Below, piece after piece: positions 52,914 to 62,599 of a DNA stretch of 64,000 nt. Below the pieces are notes generated by a model that searched no databases, was not told the origin of the DNA, and saw only the letters and a list, made by a program, of their open reading frames with translations. Source of the stretch: an uncultured Acidobacteriota bacterium (GTDB lineage Bacteria > Acidobacteriota > Thermoanaerobaculia > Multivoradales > UBA5704); contig CAVYRF010000002.1 of the NCBI GenBank assembly GCA_963770895.1, positions 1,888,001 to 1,952,000 on the forward strand, in the 5' to 3' direction. The position numbers were made by a program, and so were the translations under genes. The stretch's first letter is position 1. Each line of letters starts with the position of its first letter.

Positions 52914-53966
52914 TCAGCCTTCGGCGGGGAGGTACGAGAAGGTCGGACCCGCGTTGGCTCCCGGGTGTCCTGACAGGGGGTTGCGGATCAGCTCCAGCGC
53001 TTTGTACTTGAGCTCGAACATCGTGCCGACAGCCGGCAGGAGAAGGTCCGGGCGGCCGTCGAAGGCGCCCTGGAGCTGGCGCAGGAGATGCGAGTAGATA
53101 CGGTCGAACGCCTGCGAGGCGTCGCGCAGCTCGCCGGGGGGGAAGTCGTCCGGCCGCAGGTCGTGGAGCATCGGGTAGACGGCGGTGTAGTCGACTGGAA
53201 AGGGTTCTCCCCTGGGCTCGTCGAAGCGGCCGTCGTGGACTGCGTGCCGCTGGTCCGCGGCATAGCGGCGCTGGTATTTGATCTCCATGAAGCGGAAGAA
53301 GTGTGCGAGGTCGCCGTCGCCGTCGTACATCGAGTGGGTGTCGCCCTCGCCCTGGTCGATGATCTGATCGAGGGCTTGCCTGGCGGCGGTGAGGTCGTGG
53401 ACCGGGATCACGGAGCCGCCGCCGCCGTAGTAGTGCTCGGGAGCGACCTGGCGCGCGGGGTCGCCGGCGAAGACTGTGCGCTCGCCGAGCCGCTGCACCA
53501 GGGTTGCCAGTCCGTCGACGATCGCCTGGTAGAACTCGCCCACGGTCCGGTAGGGTCCGAGCTCGGCGACCCACAGCGGGGTGGCCGCGTGGCGCTCGGC
53601 GAGCGCCGGCTCGACGTGCGGACGCGAGGGCTCTTCGATCTTCAGAAAGGTTTCGATCGCCGCTGCGGAAAAAGGGAGCAAATGAACCATGAACTGCCGC
53701 TCGCCGTCCGGGAGGTAGGCGGGATAGCGAGGGACGAAGCCGGGCTCGTCGATCCGCAGGCGGCCGTCGACGGCGTTGAGAACGTTGGCCGCAAGGGTCA
53801 TGTGGAGCATCTCCTCGACCAGGACCGAGCGGAGGATCTGCCCCACCTCGTCGTTGCTCCCCGGTTGCAGGGTGTAGTAGGCGCAGAGGTAAGGCGGCAG
53901 CACCGCCAGCTCCAGCTGGACGGCGGCTTTGAGGTGCCGGCGGAGGTCCTCCAGGGTTTCGATCAT
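52914..53966 (-). CDS. Ferritin-like (VioB/RebD C-terminal type) domain protein
   Basis: 'HLKAAVQLELAVLPPYL', 'VEEMLHM', 'FLKIEEP', 'IIDQGEG', 'AHFFRF'; ATGA overlap with the GMC gene. Confidence 0.85.
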   Translation of the reverse strand: MIETLEDLRRHLKAAVQLELAVLPPYLCAYYTLQPGSNDEVGQILRSVLVEEMLHMTLAANVLNAVDGRLRIDEPGFVPRYPAYLPDGERQFMVHLLPFSAAAIETFLKIEEPSRPHVEPALAERHAATPLWVAELGPYRTVGEFYQAIVDGLATLVQRLGERTVFAGDPARQVAPEHYYGGGGSVIPVHDLTAARQALDQIIDQGEGDTHSMYDGDGDLAHFFRFMEIKYQRRYAADQRHAVHDGRFDEPRGEPFPVDYTAVYPMLHDLRPDDFPPGELRDASQAFDRIYSHLLRQLQGAFDGRPDLLLPAVGTMFELKYKALELIRNPLSGHPGANAGPTFSYLPAEG

Positions 53967-55825
53967 TGCCCGTTGCTCCTTGCCTGCGCCGGTTCCAGGT
54001 CGCGCAGGATCGACCGCGCCGTCCGGAAGGAGAGGGCGGCCAGGGTGAGCGTGGGGTTCGAGGTGCCGATCGTGGGGAAGCTGCCGCAGCCGACTGCGTA
54101 CAGGTTCGAGTGGTCCCAGGTACGCTGCCAGGAGTCGACCACCGAGCTCCCCTGGGAGGTCCCCATGATGTGGGTGCCGGCGAAGTGGCCGGCGCCGCCC
54201 CACAGCAGCTCCTGGTTGCGCCAGGTGTAGGAGCTGACGAAGCTTCCCGCCGGATTGGTGCGGTCGTCGACTCCCAGCCACTGGAAAAGCCGGGTCGCCA
54301 GCTCGTTGCCCGCCGCCATGCCCGCCGCGACGTAGTCCGAGAAGGCGTATTGGATGACCGGCCGGTAGTTGCCCAGCGGGTCCAGGTATTGCGGGTCGAT
54401 GGTGACCCGGTTGCCGGGATCGGGGGTCTGCTCGATCAGGAACCCGAGGCGCATCTGGCGGGGCACGGTGTCGGCCAGGAAGGCGCGCAGGCGGGGACCG
54501 AACAGGTTGCCCGGATCGACGGCCTGGTCGATCCAGGTTGCCGGCGCGCCGGTGGGCCAGGTCCAGCCGTCGTTGCCGATCTCGATGCGAAACGCCGAGA
54601 GGTCGCGCCGGAAGTCGCCGCCCCGCAGGTCCTCGATCCCGGAGGTCGAGAGCGGACCGCGGTAGGCGCCCGCCGGCTCGGGCAGCAGCCCCCAGCGCAA
54701 GACGACCGGATGGTCCATGAGGTTGCGGCCGACCAGCCCTGAGGATCGTGCCAGGTTCGAGGCGAGGAGCAGCTTGGCGTTTTCGACCGCGTGGGCGGCG
54801 AGCACGTAGATCCGCCCCCTCGCCGTCCGCGTCGTGTGCGCGGGCGAGCTTGGATCGGCGTAGGCCTGGTACTCGATCCCGGTCACCCGGCCGCCGTCGG
54901 GTTCCACCAGGACCCGCGCCGCAACCGCCTGCACCGCGACCGTCAGGCGGTCCCCGTCCGCCTGCGCCAGGCTCTTGAGGGCGTTGTACTTCGCCTGGAT
55001 GGGGCAGATCGGGACGCAGGCGCTGTTGCCGGCGCAGCGCTGGCCGAGGTCCCTGGCCAGATCCTGACCGCGCCGCCGTGGATCGACCGCGCCGACCGGC
55101 CGGTAGCCGCGAGCGCCGTCCGGCGGTCCGTAGCCCTCCGGGTAGCGGTAGTCGGGGTTGGGGATCGAGTTCCGCCCCTGTGGGGTGCTGCGCACCTGGA
55201 GCGCTCGGCGCACGCCGCCGAGCTCGACCGTCCGGCCGTCGATCGTGCGGCCGAGGACCTGGTCGAGCCAGCTCTGGGGAATCTTGCGCATGGGGAAGAC
55301 GTAGTCCTGCGGAAAGCGGATCCCCAGGTACTCCTGCTCGCCGACGTCGGCCGATACGCCGATCTCCATTTCGGCCAGCGCGTAGTCGGCCTGCAGCTCG
55401 TCGTAGCCCAGCGGCCAGTCCAGCCCGACCCCGAAGCGGCTGCGCAGCGCGAAGTCCTCTGGCAGCATGCGCAGGCAGGTGCCCAGCCAGTGGAGCGTCG
55501 TGCCCCCCGCGGTCCGGGTGTAGGTGCTGCCGAAGGTCACCGGTCCCTGCTGTACGAAGTAGCCGGTCCCTGGAATGCCGATGTCGAGCACGTTGGGCTG
55601 CGGCGCGTCGGGGTTGTAGGGGTACGGCGACTCCGGGGTCTTGGCGTTCGCGGTATAGAAGCTCTCGAGGTTGCTCTGGTAGCCGCCCCAGGTCCGGGCG
55701 GTGCCGGTGCCGGCCTCCAGCACCAGCACGCTTTTGCCCGCCCGGGTCAGCGCCCGGGCCAGGATGGCGCCGGCGATCCCGGCGCCGACGATGACGACGT
55801 CGTAGTCCTCTCGGTGGCTGTCCAT
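53963..55825 (-). CDS. GMC-family FAD oxidoreductase large subunit
   Basis: DVVIVGAGIAG, GGTTLHW, C-x5-C-x3-C (CAGNSACVPICP), GRNLMDH, HIMGT, SNPTLT. Confidence 0.9.
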   Translation of the reverse strand: MDSHREDYDVVIVGAGIAGAILARALTRAGKSVLVLEAGTGTARTWGGYQSNLESFYTANAKTPESPYPYNPDAPQPNVLDIGIPGTGYFVQQGPVTFGSTYTRTAGGTTLHWLGTCLRMLPEDFALRSRFGVGLDWPLGYDELQADYALAEMEIGVSADVGEQEYLGIRFPQDYVFPMRKIPQSWLDQVLGRTIDGRTVELGGVRRALQVRSTPQGRNSIPNPDYRYPEGYGPPDGARGYRPVGAVDPRRRGQDLARDLGQRCAGNSACVPICPIQAKYNALKSLAQADGDRLTVAVQAVAARVLVEPDGGRVTGIEYQAYADPSSPAHTTRTARGRIYVLAAHAVENAKLLLASNLARSSGLVGRNLMDHPVVLRWGLLPEPAGAYRGPLSTSGIEDLRGGDFRRDLSAFRIEIGNDGWTWPTGAPATWIDQAVDPGNLFGPRLRAFLADTVPRQMRLGFLIEQTPDPGNRVTIDPQYLDPLGNYRPVIQYAFSDYVAAGMAAGNELATRLFQWLGVDDRTNPAGSFVSSYTWRNQELLWGGAGHFAGTHIMGTSQGSSVVDSWQRTWDHSNLYAVGCGSFPTIGTSNPTLTLAALSFRTARSILRDLEPAQARSNGQ

Positions 55826-55842
55826 CGGTCCCTCGCCGCGGG

Positions 55843-56307
55843 TCAGACGTTGGAATCGTTGCGCGGAGGCTGCGCCCAGGTGCCATAGCCGGGCTGGTTG
55901 GCACCCTGGGCGTGGGTTCCGCCGGCAATCCACATCAGACCCTGCGGGTAGGACTGCGGGGACACCACGCGGGTGACGTCGCCGGGCGACACGCCGTGGG
56001 CATCGCGCCAAGCCTGCGGGAGCTCGTTCCAGCTCCCCACATACCAGAGCGTGATCAGGTTGCGGGCGACAGGTCCGAGCCGGGGATCGCCCAGGATGCG
56101 GGTGCGGATGCCCATGTCGAGGTCCCCTGCCTGCTCGATTTCCGAGAAGGTCCGCAGGAGGTCGGAGGTGACGCCGTCCCCCACCACCTCGATCAGGGTC
56201 TGGAAGTAGGTCTGACCCACGCCGGTGCCCTGGAGCTCGACGGCGGAGAAGCCGGTCAGGGCCACCGAGAGCTCATGGAACGTTTGCAACCGAGGATCGT
56301 CCGCCAT
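55843..56307 (-). CDS. Sorbitol/sugar dehydrogenase small-subunit-like protein
   Basis: 'F..LS..LTG', 'ARNLITLWYVG', 'GLMW', 'PGYGTWAQPP'; lies directly upstream of the GMC gene. Confidence 0.75.
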   Translation of the reverse strand: MADDPRLQTFHELSVALTGFSAVELQGTGVGQTYFQTLIEVVGDGVTSDLLRTFSEIEQAGDLDMGIRTRILGDPRLGPVARNLITLWYVGSWNELPQAWRDAHGVSPGDVTRVVSPQSYPQGLMWIAGGTHAQGANQPGYGTWAQPPRNDSNV

Positions 56308-56423
56308 GCCTCGCCACCTCCCCGTCGAGCGTCGGGCGCGCCAGCGCCGGCCTGCAGCGTAACGCTGGGAGCCTAGCCGTCGCCTTATTTATTTGCAATG
56401 CCTTATTGCTAAAGGAGGTGCCT

Positions 56424-57884
56424 ATGCGGTTCCGCGGCAAGCTTTTGGGTCTGATCCTGTTGCTGGCTGCCGATGTGATGGCGGGCTGCACCATGAACAA
56501 CGTCCCCGTCACCGGCGGCGGCGGGCCGACCGCCCAGGAAGGTCAATCGGAAACGTCGGTTACTGTCGGGTCGGCGGGCAAGCAGAGCATCGTCAATGTC
56601 AGCTTCAACGACGAGACCGGCACCGAGTCGACGATTCAGTACACCCCCACTTCCCGTATCGTGCAGAGCGGCGCCAGCCTGATGGGCTGGTCCTATTCGA
56701 CCGACGGCGGCAACACCTGGGCCTACGGCGGCAAGGTGAGCCCGCCCAAGGACTGGCCCATCCTGTGGGGCGATCCGGCAAGCACCACCTCGCGCACCAA
56801 CCCGGCCGCGGTCTTCATTTCAAACCTCGCCGTTCCGGCTGCCAACTATCCGGCGGGTGGCGTGGTGAGCCAGAACGGCGGCAGCGGCTTCTACACCGCT
56901 CTCGGCGGCGCCTGCATCGCGAAGTCGAAGGACGGCGGCAAGACCTTCGCCATCTACCAGTGCATCGACAACGCCCAGCACTTCTACGATGGAGGCAGCA
57001 TGGCGGCCGGCCCGGACGGCTCCATCTACGCTGCCTATGTCGATACGGTCACCAGCCAGATCGACGTCTGGAAGGCTGCCAACGAAAACGGCGTCTTCAC
57101 CCTGATGCCGCCGCCCTTCCCCAATCTCGCGATCGGTACCCATCCTCGCCTGCGCGTCGACCAGAACGGCTCCCAGCTCTACGTCGCGGCCCAGGCCGAG
57201 AACCAGGTCGTTTTCATCACCCGCTTCCTCGGACCAGGCTGGGACAGCCCGGTGCCTGCCAGCAACCCGATCGCCTGGTACCCGACGATCAACCTTGCCG
57301 ACCGCGTCCTCCGCACCGGACCGCAGTTCACCTTCGACGTGTCGTCCGCCAGCGTCCTCGGCGGCGACGAAGTGCGCGTGATCTATACCGCCTTCGACTC
57401 CAAGAGCAACCGCTACGTCCTCATGGGGTCGCGCTGCCCGCTGGCCCTCGGCACCTGCTTCGATGTCCCACCCTGGGCCACCACCAACGCCAACTTCACC
57501 ACCCTCCAGGGCGACCAGTTCAACCCCTCTCTCCGCGCCTTCGCCGGCACTTCCCCCAACACGCCCGCGGAGTGGAAGCTCACCTACCTCTCGCGACAAG
57601 AGGACCCCACCGGCAACAGCGTCATCGTCCAGCAGGGCAACCTCGCGGTTATCGGCACCGGCACCCCGGTGCGCATCCTCTTCCCCTTCAAGCTCATCAA
57701 CCCGCTCACCGTGTGCCCCGACACCCGCGGCTACTGGGGCGACTACGAAGGTCTCGAGTTGCTCGGCGTCAATCAAAACGCCCCAACCTTCCTCGCCGCC
57801 TTCACCGACTCCTCGCAGGGCTGCACCCAGCAGTGGGAGTACACCTCCTCCCAGGTCCACGTCAGCGCCACTCCCTTCCAGTGA
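56424..57884 (+). CDS. Lipoprotein with Asp-box/BNR (sialidase-like propeller) repeats
   Basis: AAGGAGG RBS; lipobox-like MAGC; YSTDGGNTW and SKDGGKTF; C-terminal WGDY. Confidence 0.75.
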   Translation: MRFRGKLLGLILLLAADVMAGCTMNNVPVTGGGGPTAQEGQSETSVTVGSAGKQSIVNVSFNDETGTESTIQYTPTSRIVQSGASLMGWSYSTDGGNTWAYGGKVSPPKDWPILWGDPASTTSRTNPAAVFISNLAVPAANYPAGGVVSQNGGSGFYTALGGACIAKSKDGGKTFAIYQCIDNAQHFYDGGSMAAGPDGSIYAAYVDTVTSQIDVWKAANENGVFTLMPPPFPNLAIGTHPRLRVDQNGSQLYVAAQAENQVVFITRFLGPGWDSPVPASNPIAWYPTINLADRVLRTGPQFTFDVSSASVLGGDEVRVIYTAFDSKSNRYVLMGSRCPLALGTCFDVPPWATTNANFTTLQGDQFNPSLRAFAGTSPNTPAEWKLTYLSRQEDPTGNSVIVQQGNLAVIGTGTPVRILFPFKLINPLTVCPDTRGYWGDYEGLELLGVNQNAPTFLAAFTDSSQGCTQQWEYTSSQVHVSATPFQ

Positions 57885-57920
57885 CGCCGCGATCTGCTCG
57901 AAGCCAAGGAGATCCAGGTC

Positions 57921-58349
57921 ATGAACCCGACCGTTCGGCTCAACCACCGCCGCCACCAGGCCGCCGTCCTCGCCCAGATCCTGGCCGGCGCCCTCGCCCT
58001 CCTCGCCCTGGCCTGCGCGCAGAACCCGCCACCGCAGAGCGTCGCCCCCACAGCCGGCGGGCGTCCGCCAGTCCAGGTCGCCGAAAGACCCATCGGCCCG
58101 GGACCTGAAGTGCCGAAGATGGACATCGCGCCCAGCCACGGCACCTGCGCCCCCGAGAAGAAGACGCCCTTCGCCCTGGTCGCCTGCTGCAACGGCAAAG
58201 AGGCCTGTTCCGGCCAGTGCGTCCACACCGTCGCCGGCGAGGTCGCCTGTGCCTGCTACGAAACTCCCGGCGGCTGCCGCGAAGGCCAGGTCTGCTGCCG
58301 CTTCCGGCACGCCTGCACCGCGGCCCTGGACTGCGCGCCTCCCGAGTGA
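57921..58349 (+). CDS. Cys-rich small lipoprotein
   Basis: AAGGAGA RBS; LALAC lipobox; Pro-rich linker; 12 further Cys in the C-terminal ~70 aa. Confidence 0.75.
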   Translation: MNPTVRLNHRRHQAAVLAQILAGALALLALACAQNPPPQSVAPTAGGRPPVQVAERPIGPGPEVPKMDIAPSHGTCAPEKKTPFALVACCNGKEACSGQCVHTVAGEVACACYETPGGCREGQVCCRFRHACTAALDCAPPE

Positions 58350-58519
58350 TCCACCCGGCCCGCGAGCGGCCCCACCTTCACGAGTCGTCGCGCGGTTTGC
58401 TCCCAGGGTCAGTCTTCGATCGCCGTCATCGTGATGCGCAGGCGGGGGCAGGGGTCGCCTCTCGCCTGGCACGTCAAGCAGGTATGCTGGCGGCAGCCAT
58501 CCCTTGGAAGGAGCTACCC

Positions 58520-58945
58520 GTGTCGAGAATCGCTCGGAGCATCCGCCGCGTCATCCTCCCGTCGCTCGCCCTGGTCGCCGTCGTCGCCGTAAGCGCGATC
58601 GCCGGCAGCCTGCTGTCCGCAAGAGCCGCCGCCGGTCAGGACGCCGCTGCCGTCAGCCCGACCGTCGTCAAGGTGAAGTTCGCAAACGCCCGCGTCCGCG
58701 TGCTCGAAACCATCAGCCACCCCGGCGACCACGAAGGCTGGCATTCCCATCCCGCCAACATCGTCTACGTGATCGCCGGCGGCAAGCTGCGCATCACTAC
58801 CCCCGACGGCAAGTCCAACGAAGTGGAGTTCAAGACCGGCGATACCCTCTACCGAGATCCCGTCATCCATGCCGCCGAAAACATCGGCACCACCACCCTG
58901 CACGCCATCATCGTCGAGCTCGAGCCGGCCGCGGAAGTCAGGTAG
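58520..58945 (+). CDS. Exported cupin-domain protein
   Basis: AAGGAG then GTG at 58520; 'PGDHEGWHSHP..VYV..GG' and 'HAAENIG'. Confidence 0.75.
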   Translation: MSRIARSIRRVILPSLALVAVVAVSAIAGSLLSARAAAGQDAAAVSPTVVKVKFANARVRVLETISHPGDHEGWHSHPANIVYVIAGGKLRITTPDGKSNEVEFKTGDTLYRDPVIHAAENIGTTTLHAIIVELEPAAEVR

Positions 58946-59041
58946 CGATTGCCGATACCGACCCGAGCCGCGACCGGTCCACATGGCGCCGCCAGCTCGT
59001 TGCTCCCGGTTAGCGCCCGCCTCCATGTGCGCTTGGCTTTG

Positions 59042-59071
59042 CGACCCCCTCTCTCGGTCGAGAGGGGGTCG
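59042..59071. repeat. 12-bp perfect inverted repeat (terminator or REP-like)
   Basis: CGACCCCCTCTC, 6-nt loop, GAGAGGGGGTCG. Confidence 0.6.
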
Positions 59072-59097
59072 GTGCAAGGTGGGTTGGAGGAGCGGCC

Positions 59098-60288
59098 TTG
59101 AAAGCTCCGACGGGCCTGCTCGCCACCGCGGGCATGGCCTTCCTGCTGCTTGCGGCCCTGGAAAGCGCCGGCGCCCCTGCTTCGTCTGCGCCCGCCCGGC
59201 CGCGTCTGCGCGAGCTGGGGAGTGCGCCAGGCGTCCTGCCTCCAGGGTCGCTCGACGCCATCACCGATGTCGTCGGCGTGCGGGTCGGGCATCAGACACT
59301 GGTGCGCGGTGACGGGGTGCGCACCGGCGTCACCGCCATCCTCCCGCATGGCGGCAACCTCTTCCAGCAGAAGACCCCGGCCGCGGTCTACGTCGGCAAC
59401 GGCTTCGGCAAGGCGGCGGGCTTCCTGCAAGTCCAGGAGCTGGGGAACCTGGAAACCCCGATCGTCCTCACCAACACCCTGGCTGTCGGCACCGCGGTCG
59501 AGGCGGTCGTCGGCTGGACCCTGGAGCAGCCCGGCAACGCCGATGTGCGCTCGGTCAATGCCCTGGTCGGCGAGACCAACGACGGCTACCTGAACGACAT
59601 CCGCGGCCGCCAGGTCACCGCGGCCGACGTGCGCGCCGCCATCGCCGCCGCGCGGCCCGGCCCGGTCGAAGAAGGGAGCGTGGGGGCGGGCACCGGCACC
59701 GCGGCGCTCGGCTGGAAGGGCGGCATCGGCACCGCCTCGCGAGCGCTTCCCAAGAGCCTCGGCGGCTACACGGTGGGAGCGCTCGTGCAATCCAACTTCG
59801 GCGGCATCTTGACCATCGACGGCGTGCCCGTCGGCCGGCGCCTGGGCCGCTACGATTTCCGCCAGCAGCTGGGGGAGGGAGGAGCACCGCCGGCGGGCGA
59901 CCGCGCCGGCTCGTGCATGATGATCGTTGCCACCGACGCCCCCCTGTCGTCGCGCAACCTGGAGCGTCTGGCCCGCCGCGCCCCGCTGGGCCTGGCGCGC
60001 ACCGGCTCCTACCTGGCCAACGGCTCGGGCGACTTCGTGATCGCCTTCTCCACCCGCAACCTCGTCCCCCACGAGGCAACGACCGCGACCCTCACCGTCG
60101 AGGATCTTCCCAACGACGCCATGAGCCCCCTCTTCCTGGCCACCGTCGAAGCGGTCGAAGAGGCCGTCTACAATTCCCTCCTGAAGGCGACGACGGTGAC
60201 CGGCTTCCAGGGCCACACCGTCGAAGCCATCCCCATCGATCCACTGCGCAACCTGCTAGCCGAGGCCGGACGCCTCAAGGCGCCCTGA
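59098..60288 (+). CDS. DmpA-like (P1/S58) aminopeptidase, exported
   Basis: GGAGGAG then TTG; 'AITDV.GV.VGH', 'NGFGK', 'ETNDGYLND', 'GAGTG', 'QSNFG', G/S autocleavage site 'GSCMMIVATDAP'. Confidence 0.9.
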   Translation: MKAPTGLLATAGMAFLLLAALESAGAPASSAPARPRLRELGSAPGVLPPGSLDAITDVVGVRVGHQTLVRGDGVRTGVTAILPHGGNLFQQKTPAAVYVGNGFGKAAGFLQVQELGNLETPIVLTNTLAVGTAVEAVVGWTLEQPGNADVRSVNALVGETNDGYLNDIRGRQVTAADVRAAIAAARPGPVEEGSVGAGTGTAALGWKGGIGTASRALPKSLGGYTVGALVQSNFGGILTIDGVPVGRRLGRYDFRQQLGEGGAPPAGDRAGSCMMIVATDAPLSSRNLERLARRAPLGLARTGSYLANGSGDFVIAFSTRNLVPHEATTATLTVEDLPNDAMSPLFLATVEAVEEAVYNSLLKATTVTGFQGHTVEAIPIDPLRNLLAEAGRLKAP

Positions 60289-60387
60289 CTCGCATCCGCA
60301 CTGTCCGCCGTAGCAGACGGCGCGGCGGTTGAACGCGCGTTGTCGCAAATCGGACTTCGTGATCTCCGGCTGATCGAGCCGAAGGGA

Positions 60388-61047
60388 TTAGGCGGGCCGC
60401 CGGCGCGTTTCCGCGTCGAGCAGCATCGCCGCGGCGACGAGCGGCTTGGCCCAGGCGGGGGTGGCGCTCAGGTCGCGCGGAGCCACGATCCTCCCGCGCC
60501 TCACGTGCAGGAGGAGCACCAGGATGGGGGCTGCGCCGGCGTGGGGGTCGGCGTCGCCGCTGTTGTCGTAGACGCGCAGCTCCGTCAGCGTGGGTAGGAG
60601 GCGGATCACGTTCAGCCGGCCCGTTTCCCAGCGCCGGCGGATGTCAGCCTCGGCAATGTCGTGCCCGCCCTTGGCGACCCTCGCACGGACGCGCGCCATG
60701 TGCAGCTCCGGGCTGATCAAACCCACGTACCAGACGCGAACTTCGATCCCGAGGGCAGCAGCTCTGGCGAGGAGACCAGGAATGGTAGTCGCGCCAAGCG
60801 TAGACTCGAAGGCGAAGTCGAGCCGGTCGGCGATCGCTCGCTCCAAGAGCCGCCGCCCTTGGTGCCACGCGGCACTGTTCGCCTCGGCTTGGGTCACGCC
60901 AGGATCGGTCGATCGGATCCGCTGCGCGGCCTCGTCCGGGTTGAAGTAGTCCGCGCCGGCCTCGTGGAGCATGGCGCCGCCGAGGCTGCTCTTGCCGGCG
61001 CCGTTCGTCCCGCCGAGGACGTAGATCCGGGGAGGCCGACTAGCCAC
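60388..61047 (-). CDS. Zeta-toxin-like P-loop kinase/ATPase (putative toxin)
   Basis: GTG at 61047 overlaps the antitoxin stop; GGTNGAGKS, NPDE, FAFESTL, RVRARVAKGGHDI, YDNS. Confidence 0.8.
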   Translation of the reverse strand: MASRPPRIYVLGGTNGAGKSSLGGAMLHEAGADYFNPDEAAQRIRSTDPGVTQAEANSAAWHQGRRLLERAIADRLDFAFESTLGATTIPGLLARAAALGIEVRVWYVGLISPELHMARVRARVAKGGHDIAEADIRRRWETGRLNVIRLLPTLTELRVYDNSGDADPHAGAAPILVLLLHVRRGRIVAPRDLSATPAWAKPLVAAAMLLDAETRRRPA

Positions 61048-61390
61048 GTTTCTTCGCCGCCGCGACCGCGGACCTGCCGAGCCGGACGGGTGGAGCGTTG
61101 AAGGCGTCGGCCATCCCCTTGCGCGCGGCCGGTGTCTGCATCCGGGCCAGGAGCTCGTCGAACTCGGCGGTGAGTGTGTCGAGCTTCCGCTCACCGGCCG
61201 CCACCAGAGCGTCGAACTCTTTGATTGAAAGCAGTACCGCCCTCGGGGTGTCGCGCCGGGTGATCGCGACGGCGCCCTTCTCGACGGCGGTGTCGAGGAC
61301 GCGACCGAACTCGTTCTTGGCCTCCGTCGCCGTGAACGTCGGCATCGCGACCCGTTCGCCCCCACGATCGTGAAATACTGATTTAGCCAT
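61040..61390 (-). CDS. Phd/YefM-family antitoxin
   Basis: 'FTATEAKNEFGRVLD...GAVAITRRDTPRAVLLS'; alternative start at 61345. Confidence 0.85.
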   Translation of the reverse strand: MAKSVFHDRGGERVAMPTFTATEAKNEFGRVLDTAVEKGAVAITRRDTPRAVLLSIKEFDALVAAGERKLDTLTAEFDELLARMQTPAARKGMADAFNAPPVRLGRSAVAAAKKRG

Positions 61391-61407
61391 GATGGCTATT
61401 ATAGCCA
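61384..61407. promoter_or_regulatory. Overlapping palindromes, putative TA operator
   Basis: TAGCCAT-G-ATGGCTA overlapping TGGCTA-TTA-TAGCCA at the antitoxin 5' end. Confidence 0.55.
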
Positions 61408-61487
61408 ATCTGGACGATATGCGCCCACGAAAGCTGGACGCGGCATTATGCGAATCGTACGATTGGCCACGTGACCGGGGATCCGCG

Positions 61488-62555
61488 ATGACACGTGAAA
61501 ACCGATTCCTCTCCAGGGCCGCTGCAGGGCTCCTCTTCGCCGTCGCGGCACTCGCCGCGCCGGCTCCGCCAGTGACTTGGCCCGCTTCGCCCGCCAGCCT
61601 CGCAATCCGAGCGGCCGGGCACGGGGATGCGCTGGTGCACAGTGCGATCACCCCGGAGGCGCGCGATCGTGCGGTCGACGCGGTGGCCAAGGGGGTCGCC
61701 GACAACTATGTCTACCCGGAGAAGGGTCGAGCGATGGCGGAGGCGCTGCGCCGGAACCAAGTGCACGGCGACTATGCGGCGATCACCGACGACGGCAAGC
61801 TCGCCGAACGCCTCACGGAGGACCTCCGGTCGGTGAACCACGACCTCCATCTCTCGGTACAGGTCGAGCCTCCGGAGGCTGGAGCTCCGACACCTGGATC
61901 AGGTCCTGATGACGACGGAGCGCGTGACAACTTTGGATTCCGGCGGGTCGAGCTGCTGGACGGCAATATCGGTCTCGTGCGCTTCGACGGCTTCATGAAC
62001 GGGCCGGAGGCGATGCAGACTGCGGACGCCGCGATGGCATTTCTCAAGCACGCCGATGTGCTGATCTTCGATTTGCGGTGGAACCACGGCGGCGATCCAG
62101 TCATGATCCAACGTCTCGCAGGATACCTGTTCAGCAACCGCACCCACCTCAACAGCATGGTCGACCGGACTGGCGCCGTGGTCGATGATTTTTGGACCGG
62201 CAACGTTCCCGGGAAACGCTTCCGCGCCGATCTGCCGGTCTACGTTCTCACCAGCTCGGATACCTTCTCGTGTGCCGAGGAGTTCACCTACGACCTCAAG
62301 AACCTGCGGCGCGCCACGATCGTGGGCGAGACGACGGGCGGCGGCGCGCATCCCGTGATGCCCGTCCGGGTGGATGGCCGCTTCGTCGTGATGGTGCCGT
62401 TTCTCCGCGCCCTCAACCCGGTCACCAAGACGAACTGGGAAGGCGTCGGCGTAGAACCCGACGTCAAGACAACCGCGGACGCAGCCCTCGACAGGGCGCT
62501 TGTCCTCGCACGGGCGGCAGCCCACCCGCAGAGAAGTCCGGCACCTAGGGAATGA
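61488..62555 (+). CDS. Exported S41-family (IRBP-like) peptidase
   Basis: Signal peptide; 'NYVYPE', 'DLHL', 'DLRWNHGG', 'TFSCAEEF', 'VGETTGGGA', 'WEGVGVEPD'. Confidence 0.9.
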   Translation: MTRENRFLSRAAAGLLFAVAALAAPAPPVTWPASPASLAIRAAGHGDALVHSAITPEARDRAVDAVAKGVADNYVYPEKGRAMAEALRRNQVHGDYAAITDDGKLAERLTEDLRSVNHDLHLSVQVEPPEAGAPTPGSGPDDDGARDNFGFRRVELLDGNIGLVRFDGFMNGPEAMQTADAAMAFLKHADVLIFDLRWNHGGDPVMIQRLAGYLFSNRTHLNSMVDRTGAVVDDFWTGNVPGKRFRADLPVYVLTSSDTFSCAEEFTYDLKNLRRATIVGETTGGGAHPVMPVRVDGRFVVMVPFLRALNPVTKTNWEGVGVEPDVKTTADAALDRALVLARAAAHPQRSPAPRE

Positions 62556-62599
62556 GCCCCCTCTTGCTGGCCACCGTCGAAGCGGACGCGAGCGGTCCG

